From Kiritimatiellia bacterium (GTDB lineage Bacteria > Verrucomicrobiota > Kiritimatiellia > RFP12 > JAAYLN01): a stretch of DNA of 64,000 nt. Positions within the stretch are counted from its first letter, which is position 1. Each line of letters opens with the position of its first letter. The stretch lies in assembly GCA_017962605.1 (NCBI GenBank), contig JAGCUY010000070.1:2095-66094 (forward strand), given 5' to 3'. The notes under the pieces are model-generated. The model saw only the letters and a program-made list of their open reading frames with translations, was not told the DNA's origin and did not search any database. The position numbers were made by a program, and so were the translations under genes. Below are positions 9,113 to 18,230 of the stretch, piece by piece.

Positions 9113-9925
9113 ATGAAGCAGCGCATAATCCTCTGCATTGCGGTTGCTGCCGGCCTGGTGGCCGCGTTTCTCACGCGGCAGTATATGGTTGGCAAGGACC
9201 GCGAGGTCGAGCGCGAGCTGGCGAAGCTTGCGCGGCGCTACAGCCGCATTTCCGTGGTCACGGTGAAGCGAGACCTGCCGGCCGGTAGCGTCATCCAGGC
9301 GGCCGACATCGGCGCAATCGAGGTGGTTGAGAGCCAGATGCGCTCCGACCGCATCCTCCAGGACGACTGGCGCTCGGTAATCGGGCGCAAGGCCCTTCAC
9401 CGGCTTGAAAAGGGCGTTCCGCTTTTCTGGACCGACGTCGAGGGCGGCGCTCCGGGGCAGGGGAGGCTCTCCCAGGATGTCAAGGAGACGATGCGCGCCC
9501 TCTCGATCAACGTCTCCGGCGCGGCGGCTGTCAGCGGCATGGTGCGCCCGAACGACCATGTCGATGTCATTGGCACCTTCACATTCCCGTCAAAGGATAG
9601 GCCCGACGAAATGGAGCTGGTCACCTTTACCGTTGTCCAGGACGTCACCGTTCTGGCAACTGGCGCCGAGACTGCCAAGAACGCATCCGGCAATGCCTCC
9701 AAGGCGTCCTCCTACGGGACGGTGACGCTTGAAGTCACGCCGCGCGAGGCGGAGATGCTGGTATTCGCAGAGCAGATTAAGGGACGCCTCGTCCTGGCGC
9801 TGCGCAACCCCTCCGACGTCCACTATGAGAAGGAGCTGCCGCGCGTCGATTTCGACAAGATCGAATCGGAAATCGAGCGCCTCAACCTCTACCGCCAGCA
9901 GACCCTCTTGAAAAAGCGGCAGTAG
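9113..9925 (+). CDS. CpaB/RcpC-like Flp pilus assembly protein (SAF domain)
   Basis: N-terminal TM (ILCIAVAAGLVAAFL), SAF-like segment (ISVVTVKRDLPAGSVIQAADI), C-terminal beta-rich domain. No other tad/cpa genes in the window. Confidence 0.55.
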   Translation: MKQRIILCIAVAAGLVAAFLTRQYMVGKDREVERELAKLARRYSRISVVTVKRDLPAGSVIQAADIGAIEVVESQMRSDRILQDDWRSVIGRKALHRLEKGVPLFWTDVEGGAPGQGRLSQDVKETMRALSINVSGAAAVSGMVRPNDHVDVIGTFTFPSKDRPDEMELVTFTVVQDVTVLATGAETAKNASGNASKASSYGTVTLEVTPREAEMLVFAEQIKGRLVLALRNPSDVHYEKELPRVDFDKIESEIERLNLYRQQTLLKKRQ

Positions 9926-9989
9926 CGAAAGTTGCACTTTTTTCTGGTCTTTGATAGTATTGAAAGCCAATTTTTTGGAAGGACAAAAC

Positions 9990-11558
9990 ATGAACATCTC
10001 AATGCTCGCATCGTTCGGCCTATACTTCGCCGCAATCCTCGCAATCGGAATATACTTCTTCTTGAAGACCAAGGGAGGCGGTGAGAAGGAATACTTCCTC
10101 GGCGGCCGCTCCATGGGGCCTTGGGTCACCGCCATGTCCGCCCAGGCGTCTGACATGTCCGGCTGGCTGCTGATGGGCTTCCCCGGCTCGATCCTCGCGT
10201 TCGGCATGGGAAAGGTGTGGATTGGCATCGGCCTGGCGATTGGCACCATCGCAAACTGGGTTCTCGTTGCCGCGCGCCTGCGCCGCTTCTCTGCGGCGGC
10301 TGGCGATGCCATCACCCTTCCGCAGTATCTCACCAACCGCTTCGCCTCGACGAATCCCGCCCTTAAAATCGCGTGCGCAGTCGTCTTCCTCATTGCCTTC
10401 ACGGTCTATGTGGCGAGCGGTTTCGTGGCCGGAACCAATGTCTTCATCAGCGTCTGCCCCGCCCTCAAGGGCCACGAGCTTCTCGCAATGGAGATTTTCT
10501 CCGCGCTCATCCTCTGCTACACCTTCCTCGGTGGCTACAAGGCCGTCTGCTGGACTGACTTCTTCCAGGGCATCATGATGCTCTGCGCCCTTCTTCTCGT
10601 GCCAATCGCCATGAAGGCCAGCGGCGCCTTTGATCCCGTCTTTGCTGAGAAGACCTGGACGATTACGAACGACGCCGGCGAAGTGGTGAAGGAGATCCCC
10701 GCCTTCGGCAACAGCCCGTGGACGGCGTCGTGGAACGACATCGTCTCTGGCCTCGGCTGGGGCCTCGGCTACTTCGGCATGCCGCACATCCTCGTCCGCT
10801 TCATGGGCATCAAGGATCCCAAGCAGGTCAAGACATCCGCCTGGATTGCCTGCGTCTGGGTGGTGCTTGCGCTTGGCGCCGCCATCGCGGTAGCCATCCT
10901 CGGCCGCACCTTCCTGCTCAAGAACCCCGATGGGACCATCGCCCTCGCCGAGAAGCTCTTCCCCACGCTCACCCAGCAGATGGTGTTCGTTGAAATCGTG
11001 AACGCGATCTTCCCCGCCTTCATCGCCGGCATTCTCCTTGCAGCCATCATCGCCGCATCGATGAGCACGGCGGACTCGCAGCTCCTCGTCGCCTCCTCTG
11101 CCTTCTCAAGCGACTTCTACCAGCCAATCGTCCGCAAGAACAAGGCCACCGACGCCGAGATGCTCTGGGTCGGCCGCTTCATCGTGATGATCGTCGCCTT
11201 TGTCGCCTTCTACATCGCGGCCAGCGGCCTGGGCAAGCCTGGATCTTGGGCTTCCAGCATCATGGACATGGTGGAGAACGCCTGGGGGCTTTTCGGCGCC
11301 GCCTTCGGCCCGGTCGTCATCCTCTCGCTCTTCTGGCGTCGCTTCAACTACGCCGGTGCCCTCGCGGGCATCATTGGTGGCGCGGTCGTGGACATCGTCT
11401 GCCTCTACAACCTCTCCAACTGGCTTGGCGGCACATACCTCTACGAAATCGTTCCCGGCTTCATCGCGAGCTTCATTTGTGCCATTATCGTGACGCTTGT
11501 GACGAAGAAACCCGGCGAAGAAGTCGAAGCCATTTTCGACAAGGCAATTGCCGACTAA
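9990..11558 (+). CDS. putP: sodium:solute symporter family transporter, proline permease-like
   Basis: About 13 TM segments. SSS-family motifs (YFLGGRSMGPWV, GWLLMGFPG). ATG at 9990 (MNISML). Confidence 0.75.
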   Translation: MNISMLASFGLYFAAILAIGIYFFLKTKGGGEKEYFLGGRSMGPWVTAMSAQASDMSGWLLMGFPGSILAFGMGKVWIGIGLAIGTIANWVLVAARLRRFSAAAGDAITLPQYLTNRFASTNPALKIACAVVFLIAFTVYVASGFVAGTNVFISVCPALKGHELLAMEIFSALILCYTFLGGYKAVCWTDFFQGIMMLCALLLVPIAMKASGAFDPVFAEKTWTITNDAGEVVKEIPAFGNSPWTASWNDIVSGLGWGLGYFGMPHILVRFMGIKDPKQVKTSAWIACVWVVLALGAAIAVAILGRTFLLKNPDGTIALAEKLFPTLTQQMVFVEIVNAIFPAFIAGILLAAIIAASMSTADSQLLVASSAFSSDFYQPIVRKNKATDAEMLWVGRFIVMIVAFVAFYIAASGLGKPGSWASSIMDMVENAWGLFGAAFGPVVILSLFWRRFNYAGALAGIIGGAVVDIVCLYNLSNWLGGTYLYEIVPGFIASFICAIIVTLVTKKPGEEVEAIFDKAIAD

Positions 11559-11689
11559 TCTTTCGCCTAATCCGCTGGCCGTCTTGCTAGATGCCATCGG
11601 ATACATTCGCTTCCAAAAGCGAACCACCGGCGCACAGCCCAAAAGGTTGTGCGCCTTGATTATATCTGACGGAATAATAGACTCACCCG

Positions 11690-12340
11690 TTGCTTGTCGA
11701 TGTTGGATTACGGTGCGGAAAAGTCTTTTGACTACGGCACTGAAATGTCGCTAGACTACGGCACGGAAATATCGCTAGACTACGGTGCGGAATAGTCTTC
11801 GGTAAGGCAAGCACACCATACTAATCACTAGCTACTAACGACTAACTACTAACGACTAACCATCCCCAGCGCTCCGCGTCAAACATCTAAACATTCAAGG
11901 CGCGAACGCGCCAAACCTCCCAGGCGCGCCAGCGCCAAACTTCGCCCGAAGGGCTCACCCTTTCACAAGACCACGGTGCGGAAAAGTCTTTTGACTACGG
12001 TTCGGGATGTCATTGGATTACGGATAGGAAATTTGGCTATACTTCGGTGCGGAAAGGTCTTTTGACTACGGTTCGGGATGTCATTGGATTACGGATAGGA
12101 AATTTGGCTAGACTTCGGTGCGGAAAGACAATTAGACCATGGAGCGTAAACATCAATAGACCATGGTTCGGAAAAAACTTTGGATCATGTTTCGGAAAAG
12201 TCGATAGACTATACAGTGCGGGAATGTCGATAGACCATGGTGCGGAAACATCGATAGACTACGGGTCGGAAAGGTCGCTAGACCACGGTGCGGAGAAGTC
12301 GATAGATTACAGTGCAGAAAGGTATTTGATAGGGGATGCA
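11690..12340. repeat. degenerate 24-bp direct tandem repeat array (about 19 units, consensus GGTGCGGAAANRTCGMTAGACTAC), with an internal near-perfect duplication of about 70 bp
   Basis: Units read directly (ggtgcggaaaagtcttttgactac / ggcactgaaatgtcgctagactac / ggcacggaaatatcgctagactac ... ggtgcggagaagtcgatagattac). The segment 11975-12040 is duplicated at 12043-12110. Lies in the convergent intergenic region between putP and the large secreted-protein gene. Confidence 0.8.
11878..11946. repeat. REP-like palindromic element (GGCGCGAACGCGCC / GGCGCGCCAGCGCC cores), copy A
   Basis: tcaaacatctaaacattcaaggcgcgaacgcgccaaacctcccaggcgcgccagcgccaaacttcgcc. Its reverse complement is nearly identical to 34018-34090. 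Confidence 0.6.
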
Positions 12341-12446
12341 CACCATGCGAGCCTTCGCAGGGGGAGTTATGGCACGGGCAACGGCGAGAGCGAGGATTGG
12401 TTGTGGCGAGAGAAAGCTTTGGCGATGGCGGCGTTGTTTCGCGCAC

Positions 12447-15400
12447 TTATTCTACTGTTGCCATCTCGCCTTTGTTCTCGCGGAGAATGGATAGGTTGCG
12501 CTTCGCCATCGCATTTCCTTTTTCAGCAGAACGATTGAGCATTTCAAGCACTGTGGCCTCATGGTATTCCCCGGGATTTGCTATCTCCGCATAGAGAAGA
12601 ACCGCCAGGTTGTTGAGCGCTTCCGCATCGTCGGCCATCGCGTTCAAGACAGTGTTGCCAATCGCCCGTGACGGCAACTCGCTGAAGAAAAACATCTGCG
12701 CGATGCCATCGCTCCCAGCGGTTTTGCGCAAGAAGAAATACTTTCGCGGCCCGAAGTCGTCGCTATGCCGCGCCAGTATCACAAAGCGGATGTCCTGCGA
12801 AATCTGCCACATGGCGATTGCTCGCTCGACCCCTTCAGGCAAATCCCCATATTGGATGGGCTTATCTTCGGAAATAACAGTCTCGTCCCAGTAGTCATAT
12901 CCGAGAACGGGGGAAAGCAATTCTTTTATTTCCTTTTCCCCGCAGCGTTGATACGCCCCGTCGAGTTTGTCGTATGCGTATTCCTCAGCCAAACAGTTCT
13001 GCGTCCAGTATGTATCCCTGACGCAAATGTAGCACTCCTCCTTATCGCCGCCTTTGTCAGCGGGAATGTGAAGCCTATAGACGCCATCGGCCAGTTCCGC
13101 CAGCAAGGCGCCGCTTTCTGCCTCATAGTCATCCATGTCAAGTTCCCAAAGGTCATTCGCCGCCGGTTTCCATGGACAGAAAACCATCCGTTTCAGCGTC
13201 TCCGGAGGAACAAGCCCCTTTTGCCTCAAAGCCACATGGGAATCCTCACGAAGCAGTTCGTTGACGTATTTACGCCAGTCGAGTGTGTCGTGGCGATAAC
13301 CCACATGGCGGTAGTAGCCGAGCATCATCTGGTCAATGAGCGGCAGCGCAAACCCGCTTTCCATGGAGAAATCTGCTCTGAGACAGAGTTCCGGCCTGTA
13401 GCGGAAGGGACGTGGGGGCTTTATAGATGGCTCGCCAACGAGGTCTGCGTCGCTTTTGTATTCGTATTTCCATGCAAGCGTTGACCGAGAGGGGTCTTCC
13501 TCAGTGAGGTCATATTGATGGCCATAGTAGCCAATCTTGGCATTGGCGAGGCCGTTTGTCAGATCTTCAGCGTCTAGCTCTTGCGTCCAAAACGCCTCCA
13601 TGCTTTGGTGGCCCTCAAGAGGTCTTCCAAGCTCATCGCGCGAGTCAATGATGAACCCCTCTCGCGTGAACTCGTTGGTTGATGCGTTGCCGTTGGACGC
13701 AGGTGTCACGCGCGTCCAGCCGATAAGTTCGCCGTCGTTGCCGTAGTGGAACGAATCAATCCACGTTCCCTTGGCGCATCGCCAAGGGCAAAACCCGCCA
13801 ATCTGCCGCTTCGTAAAGTCGCTGACAGCAAGCCGCCCCTGGGCGTCATATTCGCGCGTCTCGTTCGGATTGAAATAAACGCTGGCAATCGCCGGGACCG
13901 AGGCGCGGCCATTGCAGACGAAGAAGCATCCGATATCGACGCGGGAAGACTTGATGGTCGCGCCGCCCGGAAGCGGCGCGTCGAAAGCCCCGTGCCAGTC
14001 TATTTCGATGCGGGCATGTGCGGAGTCTTCTCCCTGCGTTGTTATTCGCACCTTGTCTGCATCCCCTTGCAGCACTTTCCACACGAACTCGCCGCCCGTG
14101 TTGTTTTCATTGAACAGGCCGTCGGGTTCGGGCAGCCTTTGGGCCTCCACCTCCATTATGGCCGTTTTCGCCGCCCAGAAAGCCTGGATTGCGAAATGAT
14201 GGGCGGAACGTGCGACATATTTGCCGGAATCGTCGCCGAAGTCGATGTTCGCCGCAGGAGACGTGTCAAACGGAAGCGACACCTTGATGAACGGCATGTA
14301 GGGCGGTAGCGCGTTCGTCATCGCGCGGGCGTCCGCCAAGGCCCTCCCGACGTCGATGTCCGCGAAGGACAGGACAGGGCGCTGGGCGACCCCATCCATG
14401 AACGCCGCCTCGTTCGTGACGCACCGCTGGGCGTGGCGGATGATGTTCAGCGCGGCAAGCGATGCCCGGTTCGCGAAGTTCGTCGGGAGCGCCACTACGA
14501 TGTCCCTGAAAAGGCCGGCGAACTTCGACGCATCGTCTGCGCCGCTGCTGACGCCGACGCAGACTGGCAGGTTCGCCATGAAGCGGTCGATGCCGTCCGC
14601 GCCATAGTCCGAACCTGCGGCGTAGAATCCGAGCATGTTCCGAAGGCCGTGTCGCCACACCTCGCGGCATGCCCCGCCCCTGTCGAGGGCGATGATGGCC
14701 GCCGTGCCCATCGGCCTGTTCAGGCGGTTGTCTTCACCCGGGCAGTCGCCTGTCGCCACGGTCGGGATGTGCTCCTCCCTGCGTGTGTCCCTGAACCTGA
14801 ATATCGTCTTGCGCTTGTCGTGGCCAGCCTTGCGGAGCGAGTCGGAAAACGAGACGGCCGTCATTCCCAGAGGCGGCTGGACGCGACTTCCCCAGTCGTA
14901 GTTGAGAAGGAGGACGGGCCGCGCGTCTTCGTCGGTATCGACAGAAACAAGATACTCGCCGCCGATGGGGCTTGTAGCCTCGCCGAACTCGTAATACACG
15001 TTGTCGTCGTCAAGTGCAAGCACGCCATCGGCAATCCGGGCGTGCTTGCGCGGCTCGTCCCACTGCTCCTTGATTTCGCCGGCAATGCTGACGAGTCTGT
15101 CGAACCGCGCGTCGCCGCGAATCCCGGCGAGGTCTTCGTCCTCCATCATGTAGTCCGCCTCGTTGTACCCGGCGGCGATGGCCTGTTCCAGGGCTTCGAT
15201 GGCCTCGTCGGCCCGCCCCTGGCGGGCGAGGGCGCAGGCAAGGTTGTAGAACCAGCGCGGCGGGGCGATTCTGAGACGAATTCCCTCGCGGGCGACCCTC
15301 TCGAAAACCTCCGCCCGCCCTCCGATGTCCTCGGAACACCAGTCCTGCGCCCTTTCCAATTCAAAGAAGTCCTCCGCATAGTCGGGCATTTCCGACATCG

Positions 15401-16133
15401 GGACGCGGACGTCCGCGCCGCGCCACTTGCGGCGCAGCGCGGCAAGCGCCTCGGACGCATCTTCGATTGCGTAAACATCGACATTGGCGGCCTCGATGGC
15501 CTCTGCGAAAAGCGCGTCCACCGCGTCGAGGATTGACTTGAAGTCGGTTGGCGGCGCCTCGCAGGGAAGGACGTTGGCGCTCTCGGCAAGCCGGGAGTAG
15601 CGTATCTTCACGAAACGGCCGCGCCATGCGGTGATGAAGGTCAGGGACAAGCACTTCGCCGGGGCGTCGTTCGCGTCAAATGTGAGCGATGTCCAGAGGA
15701 AAGGGAGCTTCGACCTTTCAAGCACTCCCTCCTCGCTTCTGCCAAGCCATTTGAAATTGTGCCTTATTTGCTCGATTTCATGGCATGCCTTTGCAAGTTC
15801 GCGCCTGACCTCGCCCCCTACGCCATCAGGCAGGATTGGATCGTCGCGCATGAAGATAAAGAGGCTCAATAGACGCCCATTACCGCCCAGGGTCGGGTCT
15901 TCACCAGAACTGTAAACGAGTGCGTAGTCGTCATCGCCAGATTCGGTGAAAGTTCTTCTATCCAGCATCGTCAGGCCGTCTATTTTCTCCGGGAATTCGA
16001 CGCGGAGAACAGGCTCCACCCAGGTGCTGCATTGCTGGATTGAGTTCGCCTCGTATTTCTGGGCCGCGCAAGCGTCTGACATTGCCATGCTTGCCGCGCA
16101 AATCAATGCTGCCGCTATTGTTTTTGTGTTCAT
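12447..16133 (-). CDS. large secreted hypothetical protein (1228 aa) with C-terminal Sel1-like repeats
   Basis: N-terminal signal peptide (MNTKTIAAALICAASMAMSDACAAQ). C-terminal AEALNNLAVLLYAEIANPGEYHEATVLEMLNRSAEKGNAMAKRNL resembles Sel1/TPR repeats. Confidence 0.5.
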   Translation of the reverse strand: MNTKTIAAALICAASMAMSDACAAQKYEANSIQQCSTWVEPVLRVEFPEKIDGLTMLDRRTFTESGDDDYALVYSSGEDPTLGGNGRLLSLFIFMRDDPILPDGVGGEVRRELAKACHEIEQIRHNFKWLGRSEEGVLERSKLPFLWTSLTFDANDAPAKCLSLTFITAWRGRFVKIRYSRLAESANVLPCEAPPTDFKSILDAVDALFAEAIEAANVDVYAIEDASEALAALRRKWRGADVRVPMSEMPDYAEDFFELERAQDWCSEDIGGRAEVFERVAREGIRLRIAPPRWFYNLACALARQGRADEAIEALEQAIAAGYNEADYMMEDEDLAGIRGDARFDRLVSIAGEIKEQWDEPRKHARIADGVLALDDDNVYYEFGEATSPIGGEYLVSVDTDEDARPVLLLNYDWGSRVQPPLGMTAVSFSDSLRKAGHDKRKTIFRFRDTRREEHIPTVATGDCPGEDNRLNRPMGTAAIIALDRGGACREVWRHGLRNMLGFYAAGSDYGADGIDRFMANLPVCVGVSSGADDASKFAGLFRDIVVALPTNFANRASLAALNIIRHAQRCVTNEAAFMDGVAQRPVLSFADIDVGRALADARAMTNALPPYMPFIKVSLPFDTSPAANIDFGDDSGKYVARSAHHFAIQAFWAAKTAIMEVEAQRLPEPDGLFNENNTGGEFVWKVLQGDADKVRITTQGEDSAHARIEIDWHGAFDAPLPGGATIKSSRVDIGCFFVCNGRASVPAIASVYFNPNETREYDAQGRLAVSDFTKRQIGGFCPWRCAKGTWIDSFHYGNDGELIGWTRVTPASNGNASTNEFTREGFIIDSRDELGRPLEGHQSMEAFWTQELDAEDLTNGLANAKIGYYGHQYDLTEEDPSRSTLAWKYEYKSDADLVGEPSIKPPRPFRYRPELCLRADFSMESGFALPLIDQMMLGYYRHVGYRHDTLDWRKYVNELLREDSHVALRQKGLVPPETLKRMVFCPWKPAANDLWELDMDDYEAESGALLAELADGVYRLHIPADKGGDKEECYICVRDTYWTQNCLAEEYAYDKLDGAYQRCGEKEIKELLSPVLGYDYWDETVISEDKPIQYGDLPEGVERAIAMWQISQDIRFVILARHSDDFGPRKYFFLRKTAGSDGIAQMFFFSELPSRAIGNTVLNAMADDAEALNNLAVLLYAEIANPGEYHEATVLEMLNRSAEKGNAMAKRNLSILRENKGEMATVE

Positions 16134-16161
16134 GTTGCGTATCCTTTGAAAGTGTAGGCTA

Positions 16162-18228
16162 TCAAAGCAGAATACTCTGTTTTAAAGCATTCCAGTCCTT
16201 TTCGTTCAGCGTATTCACACCAGAATTTGTCACTCGGCCCTTTGCATCAAAGTATAGATCGAGTTCACCTCCTCCGATTGGTGACTGAAAACTCAACCTT
16301 ATATGGTAATCAGAGAATGCTTTTGCAGAAACGAGTTGGAGAGGCTTGCCCTTCAGAGATTGCAAGATGCGAGCGACTATTGTTTCGTGTTGCGGACGGA
16401 CACTAATTTCTGGCTCGGCAACATCTGATTGTTCGGCTTCCTCCCCAAAGACTTCTCCTGTCTTTTTACCAACCAAAGAAGACAAGCGCCTTCGTGCTGC
16501 ATCATCAAGGCCATCGACATGGTTTTCAATGTGGGTAATCATGGCATTCTTGCGGTATATGACATCAACATATCCCGTTTTGTCTTTGCCTTGAACATGT
16601 ATCCGATACCGAGAGGAAAGCTCTTCGATTTGTCCCAATGTCAATCCAATAGATCGAATAACTTCATCGATTGCCGATGACGTCCTTTGAACACAAGTAT
16701 CCACTTCTACAGCCTTATCATAAGACTTATTAGACGCGAAAACATTAGACAAAGCGTCAATATGCGGAGAATTGGCAACGAATAAGTGTTCCTTGGCGCG
16801 TGTTGTAACAGTGTATGCCCAGCGGAAGAAATAACTACTCATGAGATTTAATCCACAATTGTAGTCCGCCCATACATAATTCCATTCACCACCCTGTGAC
16901 TTGTGGCCTGTAACGGCATAGCCGAATTTTACAATTGGTGCGCGAAGCCAAGGCAACTCTGCCATTTTTTCTTTAACCAATTTGTCCCAAAACAGCTTTT
17001 TGCTTCGGTCTTTTCGGAAATCGGGATATTTCTTTCGCAAAATTTCTTCTGCAAAATGTTTTACCCCATTGTAGAGTCCCATTTGGGCAAAACAATCATG
17101 TTCATCCCATTCGGAAAGAATTATGGGTGTAACATTTATCCAGATGTTATCGACCTGACCACGTTCGGGTTCATAAGTCCAACGCAGAGACATCCTCTTA
17201 AACGTGTATGTGAAGGTGAAAGTCTTTTCACTTTCTTTTGGGCGATAATACCCTTGCAAAGAAAAAGTTTCCCCGAAAGTGTTCACAACAGTGAGAAAGT
17301 CGCCATTGAAGAACTGCACCTTCTCTCCAGATGGAAGAAGAATGCGTGTGTTTCTGATGGATAGAAGCCTTTCTCCGTATTCCGGCAATTTGCCAAAATG
17401 CCCCAAAAAACCTCGAATTACAGCATTGTATTCTTGTACTTTGGCATTAGTATGGGCAATGGCAATCTTTTCGTCTATTGAATCCTTCCAATCGGGAACG
17501 ACAGACAATGTCTCTTCAGAGACCATTGAGACATCCTCGTGCGAGGTAAATGAGAAACGATTGAAGTCTTTTGCTTCAAGCGCTGAGCGCAACCTTGTCG
17601 CCTCAGCAAGGATGCCACTCCCTTTGCTTTGACGGAATACCTCGGTAAGTTCTATTACAGTCGGTTTAAATGAGGTTAATTCCTCTATCTTTTCCGCATC
17701 CAGGGCAGGAGGAGTCTCGCATTGCTCCATGACAGGAGGAAGCTGGAAAGAGTCTCCGACGAAAAAAAGAATGTTTGACGTATTTTGAGTCTTAATTCCA
17801 GAATACTGAATCAAATCCCCCAAAAGAGAACCACTGCCGAATTGAAACAACTCACGATCATTATCATGCTTGGAAAGACCGACCATCGAGGCTTCGTCTA
17901 TGATAAAAGCCGTGTTTTCAACATCCTTGTCATCCTTTAGTGGGAAAATCCATTTCAGCGCATCGTCTTGCTCGTCCCGGATTGGTTCATTCACAATGTT
18001 GAAGATTCCTGAATGGATAGTTGAAGTATCAAATCCTGTTCTCTTGTGTAGAACCATCGCAGCCCGACCCGTAGGAGCCATCAGCATCGGGAAGAGTCCG
18101 CGTTCTTGAAGAACTGGCACAAGCGAACGGATAAGGGTTGTTTTACCAGTACCAGCGGCACCCCGGATGATGAAACAGCGGGTACCAGCATCAAGCGCAT
18201 GCAAAATAGTGTCAAGAGGATTTCTCAT
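16162..18228 (-). CDS. SF1B RecD/Pif1-like DNA helicase (AAA_30 + UvrD_C_2-type) with about 200-aa C-terminal extension
   Basis: Motifs I GAAGTGKTT, Ia MAPTGRAA, II IIDEASMV, III VGDSFQLPPV, IV VFRQS, V YAVTGHKSQGGEWNYVW, VI YTVTTRAKEHL. Start codon lies 2 nt after the RT stop. Low-GC gene. Confidence 0.75.
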   Translation of the reverse strand: MRNPLDTILHALDAGTRCFIIRGAAGTGKTTLIRSLVPVLQERGLFPMLMAPTGRAAMVLHKRTGFDTSTIHSGIFNIVNEPIRDEQDDALKWIFPLKDDKDVENTAFIIDEASMVGLSKHDNDRELFQFGSGSLLGDLIQYSGIKTQNTSNILFFVGDSFQLPPVMEQCETPPALDAEKIEELTSFKPTVIELTEVFRQSKGSGILAEATRLRSALEAKDFNRFSFTSHEDVSMVSEETLSVVPDWKDSIDEKIAIAHTNAKVQEYNAVIRGFLGHFGKLPEYGERLLSIRNTRILLPSGEKVQFFNGDFLTVVNTFGETFSLQGYYRPKESEKTFTFTYTFKRMSLRWTYEPERGQVDNIWINVTPIILSEWDEHDCFAQMGLYNGVKHFAEEILRKKYPDFRKDRSKKLFWDKLVKEKMAELPWLRAPIVKFGYAVTGHKSQGGEWNYVWADYNCGLNLMSSYFFRWAYTVTTRAKEHLFVANSPHIDALSNVFASNKSYDKAVEVDTCVQRTSSAIDEVIRSIGLTLGQIEELSSRYRIHVQGKDKTGYVDVIYRKNAMITHIENHVDGLDDAARRRLSSLVGKKTGEVFGEEAEQSDVAEPEISVRPQHETIVARILQSLKGKPLQLVSAKAFSDYHIRLSFQSPIGGGELDLYFDAKGRVTNSGVNTLNEKDWNALKQSILL

Positions 18229-18230
18229 GG

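Noticed and set aside
11690-12340. Possible CRISPR array
   Set aside because: Repeat units are contiguous and degenerate with no interspersed unique spacers of constant length, and there are no cas genes nearby. The CARF protein is 13 kb away and unrelated to this array.
12047-12538. 163-aa plus-strand ORF with octapeptide repeats (HGAETSID/YGSERSLD...)
   Set aside because: It is simply the in-frame reading of the 24-bp tandem DNA array. It overlaps the 3' end of the large minus-strand gene and has no plausible start context.
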